Shown: positions 11,111-24,218, counted from the whole stretch's first letter. The stretch is 62,592 nucleotides of DNA, filler included, from Choristocarpus tenellus KU-1152 (GCA_964200185.2; 12 parts of 12 records of this genome joined end to end with filler, not necessarily neighbours in it); one strand, 5' to 3'. Notes: a model not told the origin generated them from the sequence alone. Translations and numbers: made by a program.

Positions 11111-14100
11111 ACTGTTGGCGGTGGCCATACTGAGCAAGACACATGGCTCAAGTGCAGGGGGATCGGTTGTGGCAGTAGACATGCTTGAGGAACGCCTGGC
11201 TGTTGCTACTAGGTGGGTTTTTTAATTTTATTATTGCAACATGTGTCTGCGTTAGCCCATCTCCAAGTCTCATCTCCAAGTCCCCCCTCCATTGAGGAAA
11301 GGGAGGTTGTTGCACATATCACAAGAACGTACTCCCCTCTCCCCCCCCCCACCTCTCCTTGCTATACCTTATTCCCCAGATTGGGTGCTACATCAGCTGT
11401 TAGTCCGCAGGAACTCCCCTCCCTCAGCCCATTCGATGTTTCTGTTGAGGTCACCGGAAATTACAGGGGCCTCCAGGTATTGTCCCAGCCCCCAATTAAT
11501 CAGGTTACTGGTATTCTGTGTTTTGCATGCCTATTGTACTGTAGTTATGTTGTTGTTTGTCATTCTGTATTGGCTTGTATCAATGTTTTATTTTTATATA
11601 GATGTAAGACATCTATATGTAGTATATGTATATCTTCTTTTTTTCAGGAGGTGGGAGGCGTATGTGTAGAAAACTGACATTTCACACACAAAGTGTATTG
11701 AGATAATGGGATGTGCTTCTTTTGTGTTAAATTGCCCATCTCGTTGATGCTAGCACATGTTGGCATCACTTGATAGTTTGAGGGAAAGTCGAAGATATTT
11801 TGTTTGAAATATGCTGGGCTTCGAATGGCGTTTGCTAACCCTAACCCTAACCCTAAGGCTTTTTGGGGGGCGGGGAGGAATGGGGATCTTGTTGGTAGAA
11901 GAGATCTCAAGTACTCTGGAGTAGACCTGACTCTCTACATCAACTGTTATTTTACAGTTACATTTACAGTTATAGATGGGAAGAACATGTGCGGTGGGTT
12001 CATACTGGAAGTTTACCATTGAAAATCTAGAACTGGACCATTGGCAACCGTGAAGGCATTGGAAAATTGTGAACATTTTTTGTATTCCTTTAGCACTATC
12101 GAGGTGACTTAGAGTGAAAATCGATTCATTTCACCCTCCTGTAACCTACTGTCCACGCATTGTTTTTGTTGCTATGGCCCTACTCTTCAGTTGTTCTAGT
12201 ATAATGACTATAGAATAAGTGTTAGAATAAGTGTTCTGTCCATTGATGCACTTTCGGAGTATGTAGTACGGAATTTAACTCTCTGTCTGTATACACACAC
12301 ATATATATATATATATATATTCATTATTATTGTTATTATTATTAATACTATATTTGGTCCTGTTTTTGGACGAAATCTGTGTTCAGTAAGTACTAATGAG
12401 AAGATATGAAATTTTATCTACATTTTTATGTTTTTTTATTTTTTGCTTGTGCTAGGTGAACTTTTCTTGGTCAACTTGTCACCCTTGTAGTATTGTAATA
12501 AATATTGTAATACTCTATGCTAAAACATTGGTTATAATATCACGGAATATACAACCCACTATTGAAAATGGTAGATTCAGGAAATATTAAAATAGTCACA
12601 ACTGTGACAGCACTACCAAGTCCAAACTGTAACTGTACCATGAAGTCAATGTACTGACCGTAATTGTACCATCAAAACCAGAACTCCAACCGTAGCACGA
12701 GATATTCTGTGAGGTGAAACGGATACTACAACCTCCTAACAGTACTGTAATATTTTTTTTCAAGACCGAACTGTAGTCTGGAAATTTCTTCCGCAACCAG
12801 TTGTAACTGACAAAAATATAAGAATGGTTGTTGGAACCGGATCAACGTATCTTACAGTTACATGTGTTGTCAGGGTTAGGGATTAGGGTTATACCTTTGT
12901 GGGGAGAAACTGACTGGATGGCAATAAGTGGAACTATGTAGACCCTTGGTATGTGTTTGGTATTGGCTCTTCTCAGAAGGGGAGTTGGGTTCATGCCTCG
13001 TTCCTGTTCACTTCACCTTGTCAGTGACAAGTGTCAAAGACAAAGAGGTGAATTGTCTGGGGTGTTTGGTGTGTGATTGTTCCACTACCGGTGGACATTA
13101 CTACCACCTCAGAGTGTACCATCCACCTCAAACCAATATTTTGAGGAGTTGAGGAAGTAGGAGGTCACTGAGAGGCAAGTTTCCATACACCTCGTAAGGT
13201 AAAAAAGGAATGTATGCTGAGTGGGGAAAAGGTATGCTGACATGTTCTACTTCTTTCTCAAAGCTAGAACTATATTTTTTTTGGTAAACTGTTGTCCACC
13301 ATCCCATCCCCGCCCCCGACAGTCTCTAGGCATGCATCCTGAAACTCACAATAATATGTTTTTTTTTCTCTCTTGAGTGAAAGCTTAACCCATAATTTGC
13401 TGGATGTATCAGGCCGCATTGGACTTCACTGGGTATGGAGGCCGTGTGATCCTTGGCTCTTGGTATGGCAATACCAAGGCTATGCTGAGCCTTGGTATGG
13501 CTTTCCACCGGAGTCATTTGACCATACAGACTTCCCAGGTTTGTTGGTTGGTTTTACAATGGCACTAGTGTGAACTGACCATCCCACTGGAGGATGAAGA
13601 TTGCCATCATGTAGGTGATGTGATGACGCTGGTGATGGTGCTGGTAGTTGTTGGTTTTGAATCGGAAATGAGTGACAATGTCAAAAGAGGATGGTACGTT
13701 TTTTGAAATTTCTGTTAGTGAGTGCAGAGATTTATAAATAAAAAAATTGTACATACTGTTGCTTGCATAGTGGTCACAACCATGACTTTGCTTTTTCCCC
13801 TGCCCCCCAGCCCTCTGCTCATCCCCCAATGCCGCACTCTCTGGTCAACACTACTGTGGACACAATGCATTATATGAGCAATACAAATATGCAAATAGCC
13901 ACAAACCGTACTGTCACCACATGGGAACGACATTCACTGTGTGTGTCTGGTCGATTTTGCCTCTTGACTGGAGACCACTTCAATCTCAAATCTAACAGGT
14001 GAGCAGCATTCCAGCCTCACTAACAGACAGATGGGATAAGCCCAGGCGTTTTGCTGCTGCATGGTCACTGTTGAAAGACCTTCGTCCATCCAACTTCCTC

Positions 14101-14250
14101 ACCACCCTCAGAGCTAACCTTGCAGGGGCTCAGGGAGCTTATGAGGCCCTGGAGGGGGGGAAGGAACTTGGTGTTGTGTTAACTTATGGTATTGATAGTG
14201 ATGCAAGGGCTGTGGAAGGGAAAGGGGAGACAGCAGATGAAGCACACTGA
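11111..14250 (+). CDS. Zinc-dependent medium-chain (MDR) alcohol dehydrogenase-like protein, 3' four exons (11111-11212, 11380-11476, 13413-13538, 13999-14250)
   Basis: GT-AG exons splice in frame: LLAVAIL..VVAVDMLEERLAVAT-R-LGA..FDVSVEVTGNYRGLQ-AALDFTGYGGRVILGSWYG..FHRSHLTIQTSQ-VSSIP..RWDKPRRF..AYEALE..LGVVLTY. This resembles the bacterial cd08255-like MDR subgroup. Confidence 0.88.
11836..11856. repeat. Interstitial telomere-like (CCCTAA)n; similar short tracts near 10940, 28135, 32078, 46592 and 46748
   Basis: CTAACCCTAACCCTAACCCTAA. Confidence 0.7.
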
Positions 14251-15727
14251 CAGCTGCCATTTGAGGGGTTTGTTGTACTTCGAATGGGATTTCATATTTG
14301 ATGTGTGGATGTGACTTTTGGAAGTTCATAAAGTCATTTTCTAAGAAATAATCCCAAGGGTGCACATTGACTGCAGCAAATAGATAGGAGTTCTACGTAA
14401 GCATTAATTATACACAGTAACAATAATAGGAAAAGTTTCATGGTAATCATGCTTCCTGTGTGGTAGCTACAGGAGTAGATATATATGCCAGATTGAGTCC
14501 CTCTTGGAGTGCTCTGGTGGATTCCATAACCTCGCCTTGCAATTCCTTTCTTTATTCTTGCATGGTTGGATAATGGAATGCTTACCTGGGGGGAGACTGC
14601 TGGTTTTGAAGTATGTACCTCCGCTACACCCCTCCCTTTTTGAGGGCATACAATATTGGAAAGATATGGTGCATATCGGAATTTCGTCACCAAGGGTGTT
14701 TATTGTTGGAGCAATAAATGGGATCAATTCTTCATCCCTGTGCCAGGAAAGTGTGTTTGTGTAGCTAGGGGGGTCTGTGGGAGATACGCTTGCATCATTG
14801 TCTGTCCTCCAAAACAGAAGTCCAAACAGATTATCCATGTGTCAACATGGTGGTTTAGTTAGAGACTCTCATTAATAGTTGTATCAGAAATGATGTCCTA
14901 TCATGAGAACTGGGAGACCAGTTGAGACATGTTCTAGAGCACAAATGTTTCAATAAATGTCTTGTTGTATGTAAGGTGTAGTTGTTCCTACTTTCATAAA
15001 ACAAATCCGAATCCTTAACTGCAACTGTGTCAAAAAAGAGCCGGTGAGGGATTAGGGTAGACAGAACACCAAAAGTCTGGAACCTCACAGCAGCAATTGC
15101 TTGTTGAATGCAATGAATCGATCACACAGGACAAGGCCACGTCTACCTAAGCAGTTACAGCTTGCTGTTGCTGGTGAAAACTCAGTAGCATTTTTTTTAT
15201 TGTCCTAACTGCATCAAGGAAAAAGCCTAGGAAAGGGATGTACGCTACCGTGCCTCATACAATAACTCTAACAGAAGTGAAGAAAGAATTCTACCGCTAG
15301 TGTGTTTAGAAAAGGAGTGCCTCAACATGTGCACAGGGAGAAGCTTGTCTTTTTTTTACAGTGATTAAAATTGGTATATGATTTACACCACTAAAAAGGG
15401 AAGTCCTGAAGTGCTCAATACCAGGAAAACAGTAAACAAGCACTTGTTTGTACTCCCGTTCACCTGTTTCCGCTCTCAACCCAACTTTACTACTATTACT
15501 ACTGTGCTATTTAATGGGAGATGGTTTGGAAAGTTGCTTAAGATAGCGCCGCTTGATGAGACTTTGAGAGAGTACCAACAATACACATGAAATCATGTGC
15601 AACTGCAGTAAGAAGGAGCGCCTCTGTTGTCAACTGTGATTTACTAGAATAAACCCTCTTGCCTGCATTCTCCACTGTTTCTGTTCAAAAATGTGTGCAT
15701 ATCTCCTTTCACAACAAACCCCTCAAA

Positions 15728-15846
15728 GAGCTTAAAGTATCTGGGGGGGGGTGGTGGCTGTCCATTTGGGGGCCATTTTTCCATGTCACAATATTTGGGT
15801 GGTTTGGTTCCATGTGTTGGATGGTGTCACATGGTGTAGACCCCCC
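15728..15846 (-). mobile_element. MITE family A, truncated by gap
   Basis: GAGCTTAAAGTATCTG-polyG-TGGCTGTCCATTTGGGG...GTGTAGACCCCCC. Confidence 0.85.
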
Positions 15847-17118
15847 NNNNNNNNNNNNNNNNNNNNNNNNNNNNNNNNNNNNNNNNNNNNTTAATTAATT
15901 AANNNNNNNNNNNNNNNNNNNNNNNNNNNNNNNNNNNNNNNNNNNNCCACCTCCCCCTGGTCTCTCACGCGTGTATGGCGTTCGACTGTTTACCTTTGTT
16001 CCTCTTACTTACATCAGCACACCAATGCTGTAGGAGAGGGGAGTTTGACCCCGACCTCAAGGCGTCTTTTCTCCTTCAGCAGATCCTGAATGGATTGATA
16101 GTACAGTACTGGTTCTTCCTCTGACCCGTCTTCTTGAGCTACTCCATGCTATGTTTTTGTAGTGCTTGAAGTGATCGCTTGTTGATGTGTTGGGATGGTA
16201 AGGTATTGTACGTGCTGGAGACTGGACTCGGTCTAGTGAGTGGATCATCTTTTTCACTGTGTAGCCTTGTCGCCTGAGAGATCTTTTACAGATGGCAATG
16301 ATGATGGTGGTAACAGTAGAGGTGCTCAGTTGGGATGCAGTGTTGTGTTTTTTCCCTGGCCGTTGTTCTTGCCGCATGTGTCTTGGGGAGGATTGGCCAC
16401 TGGGGCCAACGAGGTCATTGGTTGCCTGGCTTCGGGTCCTCATGCAGTTTTATATTTTAGGTGTAGGGTGGCTTAACATAATGTGTGCTAAAACAGGGTC
16501 TCCATCGCTGAATTTTCCTTTCCAGTTTCCTTGGGTTCCTGGCATATACCCCTCTCTTTCAGTTGCTGGACAATTTTGCTGAGACACTCACTGCTTGCAC
16601 TGTGTTGTGTGTCTGCCACGATTACATGCTCTTACTATCATTTGCAAGCTGACTAGGGCTGATCATTCTTTGTTGCGTACAGTATGGTGGAGGCAGGCAG
16701 GGTTTGTGGGGGGAGGGGCAAGGGGAAGTTTGTTGTGGGCATGAACGAACGATGCTTCTGGTTTCGTTTGATCTGAAATGGAGAACGTTTCGATCGTTAG
16801 ACATGTGGGGGTGTACTTACTTGTTCAAACCACCTCTCAACGCACACTCCATGTCCTCCCTCCCATTTCTCACAGTTTCTGCTCCTCTCACACGTCTTTG
16901 TCATGTCGACGCTTTTGCGTGTAATCCACCTTCACACTTTCGCGCATCCCGAAACCTTTCATTGTCATACTTTTCACTCATACTTCTCATGCTCGATGAG
17001 GTTGTTCTGTTGATGATGAACGTTATTGTGGTGTAGCTGAACATGTGTGTTGTGGGGACAACGGATGTTTTAGAGCAAACGACCCAGCATTGTACAGATA
17101 ATGTTGGATATGGGCTGA

Positions 17119-17798
17119 GAGCCAAAGTAAACGAGAGGTACACAGAGATGCATTTTAAGGATGCCCACAATTTTTTGTGGGATATTTTCTGAATACTTCC
17201 TATTTTGCCCTCTGACATTTTTCTGATGTGTTAGGGAAGAAGTCAATTCAAGATCACAAGGACCCCTGTAAATGTAACAGTTGTTGTAAATGTGAAAAAT
17301 ACCTCTCCAAAATCTATTTACTAAATCTAGAGTATTTGACTAACAGTTTTACTACCCCAGTCCCATAATCAATCTCGTAATTACAATGTGATGTGTATGC
17401 TCTGCTGCTATGCCTCACACCTAACTTAGCCCTACACAACAGGACGAGGAGATGGGAAGCGTCCTTAGAATCTGACATACCTTGCTGAATTGAGTCGAAA
17501 TTTTTCAAACAATAGCATGTTTTGCGGAAAATGAAATACATAGTTGAAAAAGTCTTAATCACCCCATCATCTATTATTATAGTATTAGAACTACCATGTT
17601 AACATATAATGGCATGTAAGACTTTTTAGATATTGAATTACATTTTGCGCAAATATCCTAATAGAGAAATCAACGTTCTCAAGTCAAACTTAACACTTCA
17701 TCCATATAATTATGGGTGAAATATGAAGGATAAAAAAAAATTACTTGAAATGCAAAACGCCCCAAACCTGGGTACCTACCTCTCGTTTACTTTGCCTC
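17119..17798 (-). mobile_element. MITE family C, long copy (~680 bp)
   Basis: TIRs GAGCCAAAGTAAACGAGAGGTA / TACCTCTCGTTTACTTTGCCTC; flanked TGA/TGA. Confidence 0.8.
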
Positions 17799-18493
17799 TG
17801 AATACGACGGAAGGTTCTAAGGTAGTGGGAGGTAGGGCTGAGCTTCACTTTGTCCGAGACTTGAAAGATGAAAACCTGCAGGCAGCTAGAGGTTATGATG
17901 TAGTAAATGAAAAATATAGGTTACGATCAATAAGGCTTTTCTGGTGGAACCAATGTAAACCAAAAATATATGAAAGTTTGATTTCAACTTGGAGGAGTTA
18001 TCGGAACCAAAGTGAAGCCCTTCTATCGTTTTTTTTTTGCTGAAGCTAATGAAAATATTTATCTGTAATGTGCCTCGGCCAGTCAGCTATGAAATCTGAC
18101 CATCACAACAGATGGCTCCTACCAATAAGGGTAAGAGTAGCAGGATCCGTTTTGACTCCTTCCAGGCGCAATTATCTACCTCACCAAAAGAAGTGGAACA
18201 GGGGAAGGAAAGGCCCTCACTAGCCCTAGCACGCCACTGGATTCAGTGTGGACAAGGGGCAAATGCGTGGGCTTCAACACAACCCCTGGAGCCAGCATGC
18301 CAGATCCCTTCCATAAGGTTTAAACTCACCAGAACCAGATCCCTAGGGAGGGAGAAGCCCTATTAAAAAGGTGCCCAGTGACTGGGCGCAGGAGGCAAAA
18401 TGTTGACACCAGACATGCCCTTACCTGCCCCAGGGCAGGAGGTCAGGTTCGACAACACACCCCTATGGTGAACCGTCTTTGTCAACTATGCAA

Positions 18494-18663
18494 GGGTCAA
18501 AGTAGCTGGGGGGGGGGTCGGCGTCCGTTTTCACCCTTTTTTCGATTTTCACGTTTTTGGTGTGATTTGGTCGCACGTGTCGGATTTGAAATGTCAGCAA
18601 AAAAAAGAGTTTGACCAAAATGGACGCCCCCTCACAACCCCCCCCACCCAAATACTTTGACCC
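18494..18663 (+). mobile_element. MITE family A2, full length (170 bp)
   Basis: TIRs GGGTCAAAGTA / TACTTTGACCC with poly-G and poly-C; interior is near-identical to 26636-26768 and 46332-46401. Confidence 0.85.
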
Positions 18664-18826
18664 CCAGGGCACGGGCACCTGATACAGGCACAAAAATACA
18701 ATAACACAGAAAAAGGAGAAAGCGCANNNNNNNNNNNNNNNNNNNNNNNNNNNNNNNNNNNNNNNNNNNNTTAATTAATTAANNNNNNNNNNNNNNNNNN
18801 NNNNNNNNNNNNNNNNNNNNNNNNNN

Positions 18827-18879
18827 ATACCCTGGTGTAGACCCCCCCCCACCCTTCCCCCCCCCAGAAACTTTGACAC
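18827..18879 (-). mobile_element. MITE family A end at contig start
   Basis: ACCCTGGTGTAGACCCCC...CAGAAACTTTGACAC. Confidence 0.8.
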
Positions 18880-19169
18880 TTTGCCCTCTGAAATTTTGCA
18901 GATGTACACACACGTATATATATATATATATATGCCAATGGCGGTATATGTTTAATACTGGTGGGCAAGAAGGGGCCTGTTCTACCATTGGGATGGTTCC
19001 ATAGTTCCTCGATGACCTTCACGAGGCTAAGCTATGTCAAAGGCGTAGTGGTCTACAAATAGTCTGTGATGAATAACCTTTGAAGAGGACATTGCTGTAG
19101 TGTTGTTATTTTCAAATGGTAGATATCTTTTACGGAGGTGTCTTTTGCATCGACAATAACTGGAGTCTA

Positions 19170-19345
19170 CAGCACAAAAGGTGCTGTCAAATCCCGTCTA
19201 CGCCAGATAGTCTCCGTCACAACGCAAGTAGCCCTATCTAGACGGGTCATGCGTTTTAAGGTAGAGTCACCAGGGAGATGGGCAAGGAGGGGTTTATTAG
19301 ATTCGTGAGATGCTTCCCTAGCTCCTCACCTGGGGAGCAGAAATA
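19170..19345 (+). mobile_element. CRE-like non-LTR retrotransposon 3' fragment
   Basis: Translates KGAVKSRLRQIVSVTTQVALSRRVMRFK; CACCAGGGAGATGGGCAAGG..GATGCTTCCC is the reverse complement of 24280-24360. Confidence 0.65.
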
Positions 19346-19917
19346 GGTTTGAGACACAAGAAGGCAATAGTACAACATAGATATGTAGTAGTAAAATAGG
19401 AAATAGATGGACGTTTTTCACTTTTGTGACAACTCTTACGTCCTTAGGGATTTTGTTTTTCCCGGACATACGCACAAAAATACTCTATTATTCTGCCCTC
19501 TCACATTTTGCAAAAAATATCAGATGGAACAGTGATAATAATTCATCAGTTTCTTTCACCATCATACTGTTCCGCTTACTCTGTAAAAAAAATGATTTCC
19601 TAGTATGGACGAAGAGTTGGATGGAGAGATATCAGCCTTTGTAGATTCTTAAGGAAACAATGAGCCTGCATGACCACAAGCACCTTAATGCTTCAATCTT
19701 TCAGTGACCCAAACATCACGAAGAAGACCTGGAAGGCCAGTCTCACACAGTAACATGGAGGGATACATGTTATTTTGTGTCTTCTGTGAGGTATACAATA
19801 ACTAAGACCTTCAGGAACATCAATAACAATAGTAACAACTATCTCTCTTTGTGGCTTGGTTCTTGTGGGAAAGATTAAGCCATTCTACCACTCAGTCATT
19901 CTACCATTCCTTTCATC

Positions 19918-20050
19918 TCCTCCCCCAGATCTTGTTCAAAACATGCTTCATGGTTCTTCATTAATTTATCCTTCCTACCACTCCTCTCATCTCCTCCCCC
20001 AGATCTTGTTCAAAACCTGCCTCATGGTTCTTCATTAATTTATCCTTCCC
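19918..20050. repeat. Tandem duplication of an ~73-bp unit
   Basis: CTCCCCCAGATCTTGTTCAAAAC.TGC.TCATGGTTCTTCATTAATTTATCCTTCC occurs twice. Confidence 0.9.
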
Positions 20051-20089
20051 ACCTCTCCTAACCCAGTGTTTATTTGTGTACTAAGAGAT

Positions 20090-20455
20090 ACATACGGCGT
20101 TGGCAGTCGGCTCTAAGGATCAGACCGATCTTGATTTTTTTTAAAGGTTGGCCAACGAGTTAAAACGACGGTCAGCGTGTCAAGTGAAAGCTCTAGATCT
20201 AAGCCATCGATGATAGAAAGGAATTTTTTCGGAAAATTATTTTGGTAAGGTTAGATTTTAACGGAATGTTTTATGCAAAACCTTGAAAACGTTCCGGAAT
20301 GAGTTATCACGACCAAAAATATTTTCCCGATAACAATCCTTTGCATCAGTCGATAGCCTAGATCTAGAGCTTTCATTTTATATGCTGATCGTCGATTAAA
20401 TCTTTGGTCATCCTTTAAAAAAAAATCAAGATTGGTCACCGCCAAAACGGTACGT
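20090..20455. mobile_element. Foldback (long imperfect palindrome) element
   Basis: Arms of ~150 bp, e.g. GACCGATCTTGATTTTTTTTAAAGG vs CCTTTAAAAAAAAATCAAGATTGGTC, and GAAAGCTCTAGATCTAAG vs CTAGATCTAGAGCTTTC. Confidence 0.8.
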
Positions 20456-20494
20456 GGGGTAACCTCGGCTTAATACTGTTTAAGCCACACACAG

Positions 20495-20830
20495 GACACG
20501 ATTCTGGTTGAGCGTCGTCGAGGACACTGCTTGATTCTTCCAAAGTACCACTGTGAATTGAACCCCATAGAGATGGTCTGGGAGCGAGCGAAGCACTATG
20601 TACGAGGCCATTGTGACTACACGTTGCCTGGAATGAGAGCCAACATTCCTGTGAGTCTTATGGAAGAAGAGGGACTGTCCAGAGTAATTGTGGAGAGGTT
20701 CTTCAGGGTAAGTATTGCTTACCACCTGATATATTCTAACGAGAAAGGCATGGAGTGCACCAAATTGGACAGGGTGCGCAAGACATCTAAGTCTCACAGG
20801 AGGCCTGCACCTTCAGGAATACCTCATTTG
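20495..20830 (+). mobile_element. IS630/Tc1-like DDE transposase C-terminal fragment
   Basis: RGHCLILPKYHCELNPIEMVWERAKHYVRGHCDYT matches the (L/F)PK(F/Y)H(C/P)ELNPIExxW motif around the third catalytic residue. The N-terminal part is absent. Confidence 0.85.
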
Positions 20831-23110
20831 ACTTGGCATGGATTGTCTGGTTCAGAGGCCTGGGCCCCCATTAGTGAGCCCCAGCAAGTGACAACATCGC
20901 ATAGACGGGAAATAATAAAAATATAATGGAGAGGCAACAACGCCCATGTTCTCTGGGTGAAGATGACCTCTTCAGGCGTCAAAGTCATCCTTAAATGCGC
21001 GGTTCGGGCACGCCGTATGGCACCACCCCGCGCGAACTGTGCGCGCGGACTACTTGATTTAGTATGGCCTGTATTTCTCACGATTACTACAAGTTGCAAC
21101 CCAAACCTATCAAATAAGTTAGCATGGTCTTTCGATCACAACAAACGAATCTTCATGAAAAAATTGTTGTTGATTAAAAGTTATCACACAACAAAGTTCA
21201 TCCAGGACTTTCAACACTGTAGAATAATTATGCCCTTGTTTGTTCGTCATTCTTTGGTAGTGAGTGTCCTTTCAGTCTTCAGTTGGGTCATTACAAACCA
21301 CACGAAAAAACATGTCACAAACATATTTTCAAATAAATTATACTTATATTTATAGTATGTACAATGAATAATAACGCCCATTACCATATGGATGTATCGA
21401 ATAATATTTAGGACAATGTCAGAGGGCATAATAATATAATATATAGGACAACTGTTACTTCTTCAGGATAATTCATGATATTTTATTGGTTTTTAATTTG
21501 ACACATACCCTCAATGTCATATACATAATAATATGTATTTCTATATTCTATGTTTCTTGTATACGTATTACAGTCACAACGCTTCCACTAAAACAACACC
21601 ACTACCAATGACGGTCTAGTCGTCAAACGTTGATTCTTTTATAGCGATCATCTTTATAGAGGGAGGATTATATGGAAGGAAGTGAGACTGGCACAACCCT
21701 TCGACCATGTCTTCCCCAAATTGTTGTTCTAATAGCTTGAATCTTTTGTGACATACGTGCAAAAATCCAAAACTCAGAAGTAGAGGATGTCAATGCACAA
21801 CAGAATACGAATTTTGCCTTTTCCAAGGAACGGCAACATACAAGAGACAGTATCTCCTTGGAAAACTACCCAAGAGAGTGATGATAGAGCCCATCGAGAT
21901 TGGTCAGTGTTCTTTTTTGCAATTAATCCCCAGTCACACGATTCACTCCTCACTACACTCCGTTCCTGCGATTTTTTTTGCAACTTCCCTTCATGGTTCT
22001 CGCCAAGGATCACCTCGATAGCTGTGGAAGAGAAGCGTCTCACCCCCTTCATCATGACTCCTTGAATACACAGCATCATTTTCCCCCTTCTCTCCTCCAG
22101 GTCAGCGTGAACCTCACCACGTTGTGTGATACTACCTAAGACCTGCAAGAGAAAACCCTTCGAGCTTTGATTGAGGTGTTTATGGTATCTTCTTCGATGA
22201 CTGTACGAAGAAAATTTCAAGGTCTAAGTCGGTTTACGTCATGTGCCTTCCTAATACCGAATTCATTATTCAGTGCAAAGTAATGTCAAGGACGAAGTTG
22301 TACCACCTACTCCTCTGAGGTGGGAAAGGGAGAATACGCACCGCCCATACATTTGTTGTGTTCGTTGGTACATCATGCGCCCACTTGATCAAGCCTGTTA
22401 ACCCGTGAAGTACCTGCAAAAGGCTGTGAGGGGCGAGAACGCCCGCGTAAATGCAGACTACTGAACTTCAACTGGATTGATTTCGTGCCTTTCCCCCATC
22501 ATTCTGCAACATTCCTCGCCGCCACAGCGAGTTCGACCAAGATGCAGTCAAGAGAGAATGGGGATTTCATGTGGTCAACAAGCTGCTGCATATTCATGCG
22601 GTGAGCTGTTGTGACTCACATGCATCATTGCTTCTCCTGTTCCCTTTCGTACGTACCTGTGCTGACTATATATTTCGACATGTTAGGATGTTGGCGTCAT
22701 CATAGTAGCTCATAGTTCTTCAACTACTACGACTGTAAAGCAATACGAAGTACTATGGTAAGATTCGTGCTTTTGTTCCAGACCTCTCATGCGCGTTTCC
22801 TAATGGCGGCTCGCTCGAAAGTTTGTTCCTCGCACCGTTCTTGCCAAATGTGCTTATCTATCATTACTTTTCCCCAGTCTGTCTTAATACCCAGCAAGGT
22901 TTAACTACAATGTTTCTCTCCTCTAAGTCTCCTTCATTGTGATGAGCAATGTCCTCATTGATGACCGATGCTTGTAACAAAGATGAGAGCTATCAGACCA
23001 AGAATTTATGAATAAATCGTGAAAATAGTCAACTGCCACACCGTCTTCTAAACATCACTCGTCTCGCTGATTTTCGACTATCCCGTCTTGTCTCTACTCT
23101 GATCGTACCA

Positions 23111-23790
23111 GGAAAGAAAGTTGAAGATGATGAAGCAACAGGTGATTGCTCTGATACCCTCTCAACAGAACTAGCGAAGCAGATATCCACGATGGAAGGC
23201 GAAATGGCTGCAAACATGCTAGAGCTCTTTCAGAGCAAAATTGCAACATTGAAGCATGGTGATAAGGATACAACTATGAGAAGGGAAGGGCCCACTAGCT
23301 TTGACCACGGAAGGGAATCTCTCCATAAGAAGGAGAGGCAGGGTGGTGGAATCAAGAAGAGAGGGTAAGTAGCGAAAAAGAATTGTCCGTAATAGCAAAT
23401 ATTTGTTGCAGGGCAACTGATGTCCATATATCGGCAACAGAAGAGACTAGAATATCATTGCATGTGGTAAATACTTTCATTGATGATTGTTGATTTGCTT
23501 GAGTCCATCGTTTGGGTCTCGATCTAATTCAGTGTCATTTCTGGATTGACTGGCGAAATGATCTCATTCAAGTCGGTTGCAGGCATGTTTGTATGGTGGA
23601 CATACTATAAAATAATGTACTCATGTTTTTGGTCAAACGTGTACTTCCAATGTTCCTTCCCACCCAGGTATGATAATGAAAAAACCGAAATACTCAAGAC
23701 ATGGTTTGAAGAACACACGGATGACCCCTACCCGACTGATGAGCAGAAGACAAGCCTTGCTAAGGCTGTGGGCCTCACATACCAGCAAAT
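23111..23790 (+). CDS. TALE-class homeodomain transcription factor, partial (exons ~23111-23364 and 23668-23790; helix-3 exon uncertain)
   Basis: A phase-2 join gives IKKRG-YDNEKTEILKTWFEEHTDDPYPTDEQKTSLAKAVGLTYQQ, with the TALE signature L..WF..H...PYP. Confidence 0.85.
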
Positions 23791-24056
23791 GTGAGAGAAT
23801 GTCTTGCAGTGAGTGAGTGATATATTGTAAATATATAGCTTATAGGTGGTGATGTGCGAGAGCTATCTTCAATGTTGAGAGGTCACTTGTGTTCATTACA
23901 AGGTTTTAGAGCTCCATACAGTCAGGATACTTTGCGTATTCATAATTTTATGGACATTCGTTCCAGCACCTTCCTTGTAGAAGTAAATCTTTGGCTGAAA
24001 GTGCGATGTCAAATATTCGCAGAAGGGTGATTCAGTGGTGTATCAAATAGCAATTG

Positions 24057-24118
24057 GGGCACAAAGTATCTGGGAGGGGGTGGAAGCTGTCCATTTGGGG
24101 TCAATTTTTTCATTTCGC
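24057..24118 (-). mobile_element. MITE family A end, truncated by gap
   Basis: GGCACAAAGTATCTGGGAGGGGG..GCTGTCCATTTGGGGTC. Confidence 0.85.
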
Positions 24119-24218
24119 NNNNNNNNNNNNNNNNNNNNNNNNNNNNNNNNNNNNNNNNNNNNTTAATTAATTAANNNNNNNNNNNNNNNNNNNNNNNNNN
24201 NNNNNNNNNNNNNNNNNN

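Noticed and set aside
11836-11856. Telomere
   Set aside because: Only 3-4 units, internal to an intron; an interstitial repeat.
14334-14838. Minus-strand ORFs with a faint integrase-like GIHQSTP
   Set aside because: No other catalytic motifs recognisable; insufficient support.
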